This document shows, piece after piece, positions 38,924 to 52,211 of a DNA stretch of 64,000 bases (the first letter of the stretch is position 1; each line of letters starts with the position of its first letter). The translations under genes were made by a program, and so were the position numbers. Below the pieces are notes generated by a model. That model searched no databases, was not told the origin of the DNA, and saw only the letters and a program-made list of their open reading frames with translations. Source of the DNA: Laetmonice hystrix (taxonomy: Eukaryota); assembly GCA_965235115.1 (NCBI GenBank), contig OZ249453.1:7192001-7256000 (forward strand), given 5' to 3'.

Positions 38924-39353
38924 CCACCTGCCTGTATTTTTCTTTTGAAATGCACGGGCATCAGGGGTAACCCAATTACTTTGACAATGTCCCTAAAGAG
39001 AAAAGTTGTATAGTCCTCTACAGGAATCGAACCCCGGCCCCAAGATTACTGCACCCATTCGCATAGCATAAGGTGTCGACAAGTGATTAGGACCCCATAT
39101 ACGCCACCTGCCTGTAGTGATTAGGTTCCTATATACCCCATCTACCTGTAGTGACTAGGTCCCTATATACCCCACCCGCCTGTATTTTTCTTTTGAAATG
39201 CACGGGCATCAGGGGTAACCCAATTACTTTGACAATGTCCCTAAAGAGAAAAGTTGTCTAGTCCTCTACAGGAATCGAACCCAGGCCCTAAGATTACTGC
39301 ACCCATTCGCATAGCATAAGGTGTCGACATCCATGCCCACTAGGCCACCGGTG
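38924..39353 (-). mobile_element. tRNA-derived SINE, two tandem copies (39172-39353 with a full head; 38924-39079 lacking the A box)
   Basis: The minus strand has an A-box-like TGGCCTAGTGG and a B-box-like GGTTCGATTCC, followed by a ~100-bp body ending AAAGAAAAATACAGG. The body is duplicated almost identically. Confidence 0.75.
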
Positions 39354-41147
39354 ATTAGGAACCTATATATACAGTAGAATTTCCTTGCAAGAGCACCTGC
39401 AGAAACAACCTTTCTCAAGCCTCGCTCTGTTATAAGCAGCAATAGTCATGTCAGATTATGAATTTTGTTCAGTGTACGGGGGCGCAATAGGCCTGGTTGC
39501 CTGGTAGCAACGTTGAAATCATCCGGGGCTCTATAAAGGTCACGCGGACCGGAAATCAACTGTCTGATAACGCCACCTTGTGTTCGCCCTCTGCATTAGC
39601 TGCCAGGAAATCATTATGAGCTTCTGAAGTTTGTCATGAGCCATATCCCCCCTGCCAAATGCATCCGTATAAAGCTGCTATTTTAGTGTGTATTGTGATG
39701 TTCTATAGTTCTCAATTATTTGTCCATTTTTTGGTTCTAACCTTTCTCTTCACCACAACACAAGGGCTCTGAAGCAGTGATTATGGAAATCTTTTATGAC
39801 ACTGTTGCTTGAGAAAAGTAAAAAAAGAAATATAAATGATTCAATTTTCCACCTTGGTCGTCTAAAATGATTTTCATAAAGGATAATTAAAAAAACATGC
39901 AGCCTTCTGCCAAGTCACGTTCTTATCATTAATTTTATATCCTCCATGCCTTCTTGAACATCGAACTTTCCAGTTTCTTTCTTTTTTTCTCACATAGGCC
40001 TACAGGCGAGTGCATGGTGATTATAGCTATATAAGGGTAAAATGTATCGTCGTTATTGTGGTTTTAAATACGAGCAGGAATCATGGGCTTTCCTTCGGTA
40101 CCTTTGCCATGGGCCTGGAGTGAACCTAAAAGGTCAAATGAGTTAATGGGTATTCAGTTACTATCAAACATAGATAGGAAGTGGTATATGCCCTTATATT
40201 TGGCATTTGGCCTGGAGTGATTTTTCAGGTAAATTCAGGTCATTTATAGGCTACTTTTAGCACAATTTCAGGGTTATATATTGCATAGGATGTGACATAG
40301 ACCTATAGTTACTATTGAACATGAATAGGAAGACAAACGTGAATCTTCCATTTGCCTTCATTTCCATCGATTTTCGTTTCCAGGTCATATGAGCTCATGC
40401 GTCGTATTAACACATTTTCCGAGGCTATATCTTAAAAAAAGGGTGCGAGATAGGCCTACATTTCCTAATAAACATAGACCTAAATGAGAAGTCATAATAT
40501 ATTATCTTTCATTTGGCGCCCTTTCTCGTGACGTCGAGTGACGTTGAAAGGGAAATGGGATCGGGCTTGCCCTGCAACACCTTGCCTCTAGTTAATCATG
40601 TCATGTTCGTGAACTTACCCGATCACTCTCTCGACCACCAGATAATTGTCAATAGTTGGCCTCCTAAGATTATATATAGGACCTAGTCTGGCCTGGGCCG
40701 AGGGAATGATAAACACGTCCTCGGAGTTCAGCCCGCCCCATGATGATGAATTGGCATCTTTAGTTAAAGTCGCGTTGACACCATCAATCTCGCTTCGAAT
40801 CGCGCGGGCTGATCTGATTTCTCGCGAGAGCAGAGCGTCTTCATGCGAGGCGTCGCGGCAGCTGCTTGGTCTATCTTGCCATCACACCTAGACTTCTTGT
40901 TCCATTGATTATATTTGATAGATTTTGATTAATTTTCTAGTCCATTGTGTCTGCCTAACGTTGGTGAACATCTGCCCTCTCATAGCCAGGCTATAAACCT
41001 TGAAGTCGAATAGTGTGTCGGTGTAATATGTCCTTGGGGAATCGACGTTTTCTTTCGTTGAATGCAGTGGCTGCGAAGGTTTGACGTAGGGCCTACACGT
41101 TTCGTTCTATGAGCGTGATCTATTATACCCATCCTTGCCGAGGTAGT

Positions 41148-41256
41148 ACGTCTATGGCAAGCGGAATGGGTCAATCCCGATAAACAGTGTAAACAGTGTT
41201 TAGCGATCGATAAACACTGTTTATCGGGATTGACCCATTCCGCTTGCCATAGACGT
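41148..41256. repeat. Perfect 43-bp inverted repeat (hairpin/MITE-like)
   Basis: 41148-41190 ACGTCTATGGCAAGCGGAATGGGTCAATCCCGATAAACAGTGT is the exact reverse complement of 41214-41256. Confidence 0.9.
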
Positions 41257-41418
41257 CTGTGTAGTCGTGTTTGTTGTTGTTGGGAGCTGCACGAGAAAGC
41301 TTTGGGTCATAAAGTAGACGTGATACGAGGCGTGGTAGGAGACGCGGGCCAAAGTGGCACTTATTGGGAAGTTCTGAGGTTCTGCACTAGAGCAGAAATT
41401 CTCCCCCTCCTCAGACTA

Positions 41419-41828
41419 CGGTGGCCCATAAGGGATATGCATGTATTATTTGCTATATCCAGAGAAATAGGTTTTTCGGGGGTTCACTTATAAACATGAA
41501 CAATTTCGCATTTCTTTTACTGCGAATAGATGAGAAGAAGCTAGGAATAACAATTGAGAAGGCAGAAAAACTTGCGATGAGGATCAAATATTACCTGACG
41601 AAAGACGAAAAATTATAATGAATAATCCAAGAAACTCAAAGGAAAACGCAAGAAATATTTCCTCTGCTGTGGAAATATTTCTTCTCAATTGTTATTCCTA
41701 GCTCGTTCTCTTCTATTCGCCATAAAGGAAAGCAAAGTCGTCGATATTTAAAAGTGAAAAGCCGAAACCCCTATAGTGATTTCTTTGGAAATAGCAAATA
41801 ACACATGCATGTCCCTTATGGGCCACCG
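41419..41828. mobile_element. Tc1/mariner-type MITE (TA TSD), nearly fully palindromic, 410 bp
   Basis: TA|CGGTGGCCCATAAGGGA ... TCCCTTATGGGCCACCG|TA. Imperfect inverted similarity extends about 150 bp inward. Confidence 0.8.
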
Positions 41829-42164
41829 TATCCTTCCAATCACACCAGACGAGAAGCCGCAATAGCGGCTAGAAATGTTCGCTGGCAGGTGCTGGAGATT
41901 CGAATTGATTTCCGTTTTGACGTCACGTCGAGAACGCTTAAGTCTCTATTCGTACAGTTACGGTTTTCCTTTGCGTTTAATTATTTCCAGTTAACACTTC
42001 AGGTTCGAACAGAGTTTAGTTTGGAGGGGATTGGGAATGGAATCACACTTCCAGAACAGCCAGTCTCATATAGAGAGATCCTGATTACCTACCCTGACGG
42101 AAACTACCAGCCCGACAGCAGGTAACTGGCAAACCTTCTGTGGCGGTGAGAGGCCCAATGTTAA

Positions 42165-42500
42165 AGTGCTACAGACATCACATAGGCCTCTTAACTGATC
42201 CAGATAGATCACTGTGAGTTGTAGACGTGTCCGGGATAGGTTTTTCTGATAAATTCTCTCAGAAAGTAACATTTGTAAAAATATTGACAATTTCAATCAC
42301 GCGCCACATCGCAGTCTCGCTCCCGACTGCTCTTGACCGAAAACCGGAAGTGACGTGTGCACGGGAATTGGTCATTTTGATCACGGATTACAGACAGTTC
42401 ACGTTGTACAACAACCGTTCCGTTACAGAACAACGACAAATTACAAGTATTATCGGGATCTGGTACAAAATTTCATGTTAATTGTGATGTCTGTAGCACT
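42165..42500. mobile_element. Non-autonomous Kolobok-like DNA transposon (TTAA TSD)
   Basis: TTAA|AGTGCTACAGACATCACA ... TGTGATGTCTGTAGCACT|TTAA; 18-bp perfect TIR. Confidence 0.8.
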
Positions 42501-45258
42501 TTAACGAACCGGATCACTGGATCCTGCACCGCGGTGCCCTTGGTATTGTGTGAGAACTGTTCTACTGGCTGATCCTATAACCAGCCGCCTTCACTGGAAG
42601 TATAGCAGCCAATGTTCACCATTGGCTGCTATAATAACAATTGATACTTAAAGTTATTCCGTTACCCTAACATCACTGTAATTATCTTATCCTGAGAGAA
42701 CGTAGTGGTATTGTCAATGTTGGTCGCTTGATAGATCTATGTCCGCATCGAGCCTGAGCGAACCGAACGTTTTCTTTACATACATACGGATCCTATAAAC
42801 TGACAAAGAGGACAAAGGGAAGTTTTCTATCCTATGGTGTTTTGTATATAGCAACGCCTGTACACTCCAACTCCCTAACAACTAGAGCACAAAGGATGGC
42901 AACGTTCAGTAAATTAGCGTGTGCAATTTTGTCATCAATTGTTGATTAGTTTGGTTTGGGGGGAGATGGACAATTCTCGGTTGTGCCGCTTTAAATCACG
43001 AAGGAGCATGGTGAGAATGCGGCTGCTGCAGTCTGGGTCTAATGGCTGAGAACATTGCCCGGATGTTAGCGGTAATTCGTGACATTTTTCTTCACAATAG
43101 ATGGTTATGAGCCATATACCACAAATAAAACAAAATGCTTTGACTTGTTTTTCGTCCGTTGGAGTTGTTTCTTTTAATAGGGATGGCGCATCGTCTGGAG
43201 ACGGTAGAAACAACGTCACGACAGAGTAATAGTCATTGCAATTACATGATTCGTGACATTTAAAAAATTTACTGTTTCGTCTTTAATTGATTTCGCCTGG
43301 CGAGCGGGGATGAATAAGTAGGCAGTCAATAAAAACGTTACTCTTTTAAATGGATTAATGAGAACACAGTCAATAAAAAAAAACCTTTTTAAAACGACAC
43401 ACAGACGTCTGTGTGCGTTCTCATGAACCGACAGCCCGGTGTCCACTTAACACGACTTTAAAAACTAGTCCTTTAATTTCCATGTCATAAGCCTGGCACA
43501 CACGCTCCGATTCACACCGACTCGATCCAAATGTTTTTATACCTTAAATCCCCATATACTGAGAGTGTGTTTAATGGAGTCGGCAGTACGGGTGGGGCTA
43601 CCTTTACTTTGACCATGACAATATTGGTTCTTCAAATAAATCACCGAGTATAATTAACCAATGAATTTCATTGGCTGTCAAAGTCAATGCCAGGTCAACA
43701 ATGACGATCGCTTCATGGCAACAAGAGGCAACTGGAATGTTGAATTTCATTTCTCCATTTTTGTGGGTAAACATTTGATTTATGTAGTCTAAGGCCTAGC
43801 CCATGTCTGCATTTTGTAGTCATCAAAATGAGAGATACTCTGAGATTACTTTAAATAAAATGGTGTTGCAATCGAGCAGAAGAAGCTAAATCCTTGACTG
43901 GTTTCCGTCACTTATAGCTACCTGAATACAATTTGGCCTTCGTCTTTCATACTAAAACTTACATCCAGAGGGACTTGGGATGTTTTTCTGAATCCATTTA
44001 CTTCCAAGTGTAATTTCTGGCTCCTGGGTGGGTTGCAGTCCATTTGTACACTCTTCTGTGCTCCAACTGTGTATTTTATTATGACCTATCTGTTCACGAT
44101 CTTCATGATCTATTGTTATATTTCTTCGCATGATACGGGTTCATAATTATCCTGCTATTGTGGCACACTACAATCATTTAGAGCTGTGAAGGTGAATGAT
44201 TGGCATAGTTCGGGATATCCCCATGGTAGACCTAACACTGTGAATGATTGAGATAGTTTGGTATATCCCCCATGGTAAACTTAACAGGGTGAATGATTGG
44301 GATAGTTTGCGATATCCCCAATGGAAGACCAAAGAGGGTGAAGAACCATGGGCGATATCCCAAACTATTTCCATGTGTACGTTTCGTAGTCCGATTGTCC
44401 ATTAACGCTCCAATATGGGTTTAAACGTTTGGACCGGAAACGTAGGCCTATAACGGAAACAGATAACGAAAACGAATAACGGAAACGGATAACGGAAACG
44501 GAAACATGGAACCCCGGCTTTCTGCAACAGGAAGCACCGCCGCCCCCCCCCCCCCCACACACACACACACACACAGGATCGATGTTTGTAGTTGTGGGAT
44601 CTGTCCGCTAAGAGTGCATTATGCTTAAATAATGCAGTTTCTATCAGGGCATATTGTAACTTTTAGGGGCACCGGTGTGTGCTAAACTCATGCGATAGCT
44701 CACCTGCCCCGTCGCCGATAAATGTTAAACAGGCAGGTCCGGGACGAGAGCACACCAGTCACCCACTGACCAGTGATTGTTGTTATCCCAAGGCTAGAAC
44801 TAACGAGACCATCCTCCGACTATTCTCGACAGATATTGATTCGGAATCCAGCCTCCGGCCGAGGCATGCGGCAATGAGTCTTGACAGGTGCCCGCTGATG
44901 AACCGTTGGTGATAGGGCGTCTCGTCCCGTGATGCATCACTGCCACGTCGACGCGCCAAAAAAAATCTCGCGGAACGGGATGTAACGAGATTGTGTGTTC
45001 CGCAGCGGTGGGTCCCAAGCCAAAGGGCATTACAAAATGTACAAAGTCCTGGGACGCGGCCTCGCCTCAGTGACAGTCAGGGTTAAGGATGTTTGGCAAA
45101 CATTGTTCTTTGGGCTCTGAATTGTGAACCAGACTGGCCTTTGGGTCCATTTTTGTTGAACAAATTGCCCGGTTCCACTCCTTCATCGCGCAGGTCCATA
45201 GATTATCAATGGAACGATCGGTAACGCTTGCATGGCTGTCGACTGCGTGCCGCAAATA

Positions 45259-45429
45259 NNNNNNNNNNNNNNNNNNNNNNNNNNNNNNNNNNNNNNNNNN
45301 NNNNNNNNNNNNNNNNNNNNNNNNNNNNNNNNNNNNNNNNNNNNNNNNNNNNNNNNNNNNNNNNNNNNNNNNNNNNNNNNNNNNNNNNNNNNNNNNNNNN
45401 NNNNNNNNNNNNNNNNNNNNNNNNNNNNN
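45259..45429. other. Assembly gap (N)
   Basis: Run of N. Confidence 1.
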
Positions 45430-46845
45430 GAAGAACAAGAACAAGAAGACTTTCCTATGTATGGCCTCTTATTAGGGATACTTCCCCATATGTAGAAATG
45501 GTACTACATTCACAGTCATCTTCAGATAAAGTTGTTACGGATAACTCCTCACGTAGTCGATCTACAGGATGTATGTTCATGTTTCCGATACAAGTCATGT
45601 GTGTACTTATGGCATGTTCTTTCCTCTTCTGTTTGTTAAAGAGTCCATATACACGAATTATTGTTTCGGATAAAGCAACCAACGCCTGGCTACGTCTGGT
45701 CAGGCTGACGCCTTTGAAGTTTTACAGTGTGCGCCTTCTATTTCTACCCATACTTGTTTTGATGACAGTCAGCTTTCTATGTTTAAGTTTGATCATTATA
45801 GTTGTATTCTTCAGTGTAGGACTGTCTCGCATCAGCGCAAGGCAAGTCAGCGCGAACATCGTTACGTTTGCTTTACATATATGAACAATAAAAACGACCG
45901 CCTTTCTAAATCAATGTGCATATAGATTTTAAAAAGCGCTCGTCATGAGTTGGGCTGTTCATCACCTCTCCTAGTACCGTCGACATTTCAAAAGGAAACT
46001 TTCCTCTTAAAAAATATGTGACCATCTAACTGGAACAATGCCATCTGTTTCACTAAAATGCCGTTAATGTTCCGACGTGTGATCGCAAAACAAAATTTTC
46101 AGCGGCGGAGCATCTTCCGTTCCGTCTCCAGGCAGTAATTCATCTTTTGTTCGGCTTACAGAAGGAGAGAGAACAATCACACAATGTGATGTGTTGGACT
46201 TGTTCCGTCATAGGGCATTCGCATAGTTTCTTTGTTTCATATCTATGGTTACTATTAATTTGATTGTGCTCAAAATGTCCATATATAGATAGAGCGACCT
46301 TTTAAGCCGAATTTCCTTTTCAGTCGTATTTGTCGCTGGTAAAGTCCGATTTCGGCGGGGAACAATTTGTTACAGCAAGAGTCCGAGTTGAAACACATTC
46401 ACACCAGTTAATTAGGTCATTCCCAGCATTCTCATGCCAAACATCCGGTTCCGACTAAAACGAGGCTCCCCTCACCGATCATATTTGTTTCTTCGACGTT
46501 TTGTTTGCCTGAAATGCTATTTCGTTTCCGAAATTCTGTGTTAAATCTTTTTATCGACATTATTTCAGTTGAGAATGTAATTTACCGAAGCTTTGAACAC
46601 GGGAGGCAGTCTTCCTTACACAGCTGAAGACCTTGAATCACAAGGTGATTCATAGAGAGGTCAAAGCTATACGAGGCTGCAAACGAACATAATATGTTTG
46701 TAGATAAAATTAACAAAATAAAGGATATCTTTTCAGTATGCATTAGTCCTCCTCCTTTGGTGTTTCCATGAGATTAAGATATACATGTCGTTTATGGTTA
46801 GATAGGCCTCAATCTTATAGCATCATGGAAAAAGAGAAAGAGGAA

Positions 46846-46990
46846 AGAGAGAGACATACCGACAGACAGGCAGACAGACAGACAGACAGACATACAGGCA
46901 GACAGACAGACAGACAGACAGACAGGCAGACAGACAGGCAGACAGACAGATCGAGAAGGAGGCAGACAGAGTGGCAGAGAGGCAGGCATG
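46846..46990 (+). repeat. (CAGA)n microsatellite
   Basis: CAGA/CAGG tetranucleotide run. Confidence 0.95.
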
Positions 46991-48997
46991 CAGATAATGA
47001 GGCTCGCAAAATATTCACAGATTAATTTAATCAAACTATTCACACGTTACTGCCAATTCCACAATTCTCGTAACCACATTCCTCAATAGACTTTCACATT
47101 GGTTCATCAATATTCACACACCTGGTAAATTAAGCATTTTCATCAAGCAATCAATAGTGCGGGCCCTAGGTTGATGAACAGTTCGGTTGTTTTTTTTGTT
47201 GTTGTTGTTGTTTTTGTTTTTTTTGAAGATGGAGAAATTCTGTCGCTGAAGTCATCCTTACGGCACTCCGTTACATTGACAGTTCGACCGTGTCGCCGCT
47301 CAGGACACACGATTAGTGTCGGTAAAAATGATCTATTATCACACATTCTATCTTTGTAATGCTTCCACTAATTGTACGGTTTGAATGCTAATTAACATAC
47401 TTTTGACTGATCATAAACCTCCAAATGGAATTTAAACTTCCCAGTGTGGATTTGAAGTTTTTAGTCAGGGATTTGCATTCTCCTCCTCCTTCTCCCCCTT
47501 CTCGAGCTCCTCCTCCTTCTCTTCCTTCTCGAGCTCCTCCTCCTCTTCTTCCTCCTCCTACTCCCATCCGCGGGATTCCCCAGTTCAAGCACTCTCGAGA
47601 GTATAGACCTATGGAGCTTTACACCATAAAGCGAAATCTTGGCTAACATTACACGCTATTTCGATCGTTTGGTTGATGTCTGTTTGAACAAACCCTCTCA
47701 ATTGAGTTCCGGTACGGTTCAGCGATCCCAAACATCGGCGAGAACTCTGTTTGAACACACGGCTTGTCGGATCAGGCCCCCAGGGGGCGCTGGTCGCGTC
47801 ACCTCTCGTGAGTGGACAGAAAGATAAGTCACGTGACCGACCGCCCTGCCACCTAGTGTAGCCTACTACTCCGCCTGACTGTGGAGCTTGTGTCTGAATA
47901 CTATGGACAGAATAGCGGGTAGCGATAGCAGGGAACATGGGGCGGAACAGTGGTGCGGTCTGTTCTGTGCGAACACAGCTCGGAACCCAGTGTAATTGAT
48001 GTAATCCCCCGGTTAAAAACTCCCGGCTGCGGAGGTTCAACAGACGAACGGTAGATGGCGCGCAAGTGACTGTCCTTATATGAGCGCCACATCCTTGTAA
48101 TTACACTCCACGCCCGCTCTAAACGTCATCCCAATGGCATAAAAGAAGTTGTAAACATGTATCAACTCCTACATGTTGGAGAATATTGCTCTTTTACATA
48201 AGAGGTTCCCAGCAAATTTTGTGAACTTTCTCTATCATATGGCAGGCATAGTGAAGGCTTGCTCTATTACTATGAGACCGTGCAAGATTGGATGAGACGC
48301 TTCATAAATTGGGCTAATCAGGAAAGTAAATGAATAAATGTGAAATGACATAAGACGTGGTTGAACCATCTTCGTCTCTGTAAATATCAACCCCCCTTTT
48401 ACTTCCGGTCGTGGTCTGCCGTAATTCAGCCTTCGCTTTGATTTAACAAATGCTCTAACTAAAATCAAAGAAGCTGAAACAGTAATTATCCATTCAAATA
48501 AATCAAAGAATCTTCTACTAACTTCGCTAAAGTATCATAATTGAAAAAGGCATTTTCAATTCGTTTAAAAGGATATGGAATGATACATTACTTTTAATTT
48601 GAAAAACATATCGCCATTGAAAATGTGTAGAAAAAAAGACAGCATTAATTCCTTTCTCAAGGACTTGCGATCAAGCCAGTATGAGTAGGCTATTTTATGA
48701 AAGGTGTGCAAGAGAACGTAATCTGAACTAGCTGAATGTTTACAAGATGAATTAATCCTGACTAAAGTTCTTAAATAAAATGGGACATGGAAATGTACTG
48801 GAGCATACTGCATCGCTCCAAGCATACACGACATAATGAACTTTATTTGATGAGACCTAAGATACTTCAAAATAATGCCCCCGTCTATGTTTCTCATAGC
48901 AGTACAATCTGAAGAACACAAATGGGGAACTGATCCCGAGAGCTGGCGTTAGTGAGATGGCCAAGCTTTAGTATGGATGCTGTAGGCCTACATGCTT

Positions 48998-49520
48998 GGT
49001 CCATTGACAGTTGCGGCGAATGTTGCTTCAGTCTGGCTGCTGTTTGGCCCATTGACAGTTGCGGCGAATGTTGCTTCAGTCTGGCTGCTGTTTGGTCCAT
49101 TGACAGTTGCGGCGAATGTTGCTTCAGTCTGGCTGTGTTTGGTCCATCGACAGTTGCGGCGAATGTTGCTTCAGTCTGGCTGCTGTTTGGTCCATCGACA
49201 GTTGCGGCGAATGTTGCTTCAGTCTGGCTGCTGTTTGGTCCATTGACAGTTGCGGCGAATGTTGCTTCAGTCTGGCTGCTGTTTGGTCCATTGACAGTTG
49301 CGGCGAATGTTGCTTCAGTCTGGCTGTTGTTTGGTCCATTGACAGTTGCGGCGAATGTTGCTTCAGTCTGGCTGTGTTTGGTCCATTGACAGTTGCGGCG
49401 AATGTTGCTTCAGTCTGGCTGCTGTTTGGTCCATTGACAGTTGCGGCGAATGTTGCTTCAGTCTGGCTGCTGTTTGGTCCATTGACAGTTGCGGCGAATG
49501 TTGCTTCAGTATGGCTGCTG
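48998..49520 (+). repeat. Minisatellite, 48-bp unit (some 47), ~11 copies
   Basis: Unit GGTCCATTGACAGTTGCGGCGAATGTTGCTTCAGTCTGGCTGCTGTTT. Confidence 0.97.
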
Positions 49521-51872
49521 TTAGAGTGTCAAACGCGTTAATTAACGAAACACGCGTAAACCCGTTGCATAACGGGGGCGTTTTCTTACGAAATGTTGCT
49601 AATTGAAGCACTAAGTGCCCTTTTTAGCGCGGATAAAAGGTGCGGGTTAATTGTTGAGTAACTGATTTGTCCTTAATTAACGACGTAGTATCGTTATTAG
49701 CACATTAGTTACATTGAACACATCAACAAATATTGCGGCTAGGACAGTGCCATACGGGCGTAATGTACAATCCTGATTCTGTAATGCCGGGAGAAGATTT
49801 GGAAGGACGTCATGGAGGTAGTGGTAATGAAAGGCATCCGAAAGTGTGAATCCTTTTGACGGATACACCCCACGCAAATTCATTCAAGATATCGGTTGTT
49901 GTACAGAGGGCACTGGATGTAGGTGGTGGTTTCTCCCATAGAGAACGTGTATGTGTAGGCTATAATAATTATAATGTCATTTCATGCTCATTGTTCGCAA
50001 AACCATCTAGGTGTACAACGAATTTCGTTTACAATAATGCTATATGTTTCGCCCATCTTATAGTATACCTAATCTGTCGTTCCAAATTTTCCAGCGATAT
50101 GCTACACCATGATCATATTTTATTTTTTATGTTATCTATTATACGCTCACGGCGAAGCCCGAGGCGTATAACCTGGGGACATGAGGGGTGGCCGTGGTCT
50201 ATCTCACTTAGTCATTACGTTGGCAGTTGGAGAAATGAATGGCAAACACCCCTAAATGACGCTGGGTTCGTTGGTCCAGTTGAATATATTTGGATCTTGG
50301 ACTCATCCGAGTGGCCCCGACCGGCCATAGAAAGTCAAGTACCGTGACCGGTGTGTCCACCACCTTTTCATGGTGGTGCCAATGATCAACCTTGACCGTT
50401 TTCTGCTTTGAGTTGGAATAACTCGCCCCCCCCCCCCCCACTATGAAGCATACTCGCAGTGTTTAAAAGAATTCTATATATCTTGGTGATGCAATGGATT
50501 ATTTCTTGTAGTTGTGATGGAGATCTCTCCCTAAGCAACGCTTTGTTGAAGTGGAAGTGGAAGATAAAGTGGAACGTTAAGTTCCCTTTCCATACTATTT
50601 TACGACTGCCGCCGTTCGACTGCTGGCGCCACCTGTCGACCACCTTCTCATTTCTCACTATGGAACGCCATTACTAAAACTAAAAAGAAAGCCACACTTA
50701 ACGTACAATCTTAAGTTACATCATATAAAATATATATTAAGTCTTATTGCTGCCATGATTTGCTCGTGCATTCCTACCGATAACTTCCCTTGCCTCCATG
50801 GCCATCGGCACCACGCCCATTAATTCCAACCACTATCTGGGCCTACTTCAGTCAAAATGACATCCTCGCGTAAACAAGCGGGATAGAGCATTGATTCCAT
50901 CCACAGCAGAGGTATAAATCTGTCACTAGTCTAAATATGATGCTCTGTTCTATCGAAACAAGCCAATTCTATCTCTGATGAATACCTCCTTACAGTGTTA
51001 GCGAACATAATCAACGACAATAATTTTTATTTATAACATTTAAGAACGTTTTGTAATTTTTCCTTATTTCTATAAAGTTGTAATATTGTTCCTGAAGTAG
51101 AACTTTACATGCTTCTCAACCACCACATTTGTATTGAATGGTAATTGGGGAAGTCACTGTTTCGTATCGTAACAGAAAGCAATAATGTCTTTCCTTGAGG
51201 AGATCCTCTTACACTTCTGTAGTAATTAGACTATTGTCTTGAATTGCTACATTTGCTAATCCTGCTGGCAGTGCAGGTTGGTTGCAAGCTTCATTTAGTC
51301 ATACGAAATAATTTTACCAACTTGCCGAAAGGTTCCCCTATGAATACCACCTATAATATCACCTCATTTAAATATAAAATTGTCGATCATGATTTACGTA
51401 ATACAATAAAGGGGAATCAAATATTAAAAGTCGAAGTACAAACTGCCAAAAAAGGGTGGAATGCATAAAAAAAGAAAATACTGGTTCTTCAAATTTCAAG
51501 CAATGACTACCATCTATATGTATAAAAATGTAGTAAATACTTTTACTATGAAGTGTTTACTCCAGTAAAAGCACATACTTCTTTCGATATGAATAATAGA
51601 GAGCGACTGTTTGGTTATTCGGAGCAAGTGCCAAAAATTTCCAAGGTAGCTCCATATAGTTACCTTGACTTCTGAAGTGGTTGCACATGGTAATATTTGC
51701 TGGTGAAAGACCGCTGAAATGGCAGCTTCGTAAAAAAAAGTTCGTTGCTTGCATTATCACCGGTTTATCGTTATATCCAAATTGATAATATTGCTCAACG
51801 GCGAATTCCTATAATTGTAGTGGCTGTTTGGGGACGGCAAGAAACGAGAATCAATCAGTTCAGTTATGGTGC

Positions 51873-51873
<1 letters not shown>

Positions 51874-51920
<47 letters not shown>

Positions 51921-51997
51921 TCCTCTGTCTCTTTCCGTCCTCTCTCTCCTGCATGCTGTCTCTCTGTTCCTCTCTCACCCGCTCTCTCCCCCCTCCT

Positions 51998-52042
<45 letters not shown>

Positions 52043-52211
52043 TCCTCTTGCTCTCTCAGCTGCTCTCTCTGCCTCTCTCTACTATACTCTCGCTCTCTGT
52101 GCTTCTCCCCCTCTGCTACTCCCTCCTGCTTTCTCTCTGCCCTCTCTCTCCGTCCCTCTGTCTCTATGCTCTCCCCTCTCTATCTCTATCTCTGTCTGTC
52201 TGTCTGTCTCT
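51874..52211 (+). repeat. (CT)n / pyrimidine-rich microsatellite
   Basis: Long CT dinucleotide runs with interruptions. Confidence 0.95.

Noticed and set aside
45067-45884. Possible GPCR or Tc1 transposase remnants (SIDNLWTCAMKEW; LTCLALMR)
   Set aside because: Only short, ambiguous resemblances next to a gap; insufficient support.
48952-49611. Repetitive ORFs (MDQTAARLKQHSPQLS, WSIDSCGECCFSLAA)
   Set aside because: These are artefacts of the 48-bp minisatellite; 47-bp units shift the frames.
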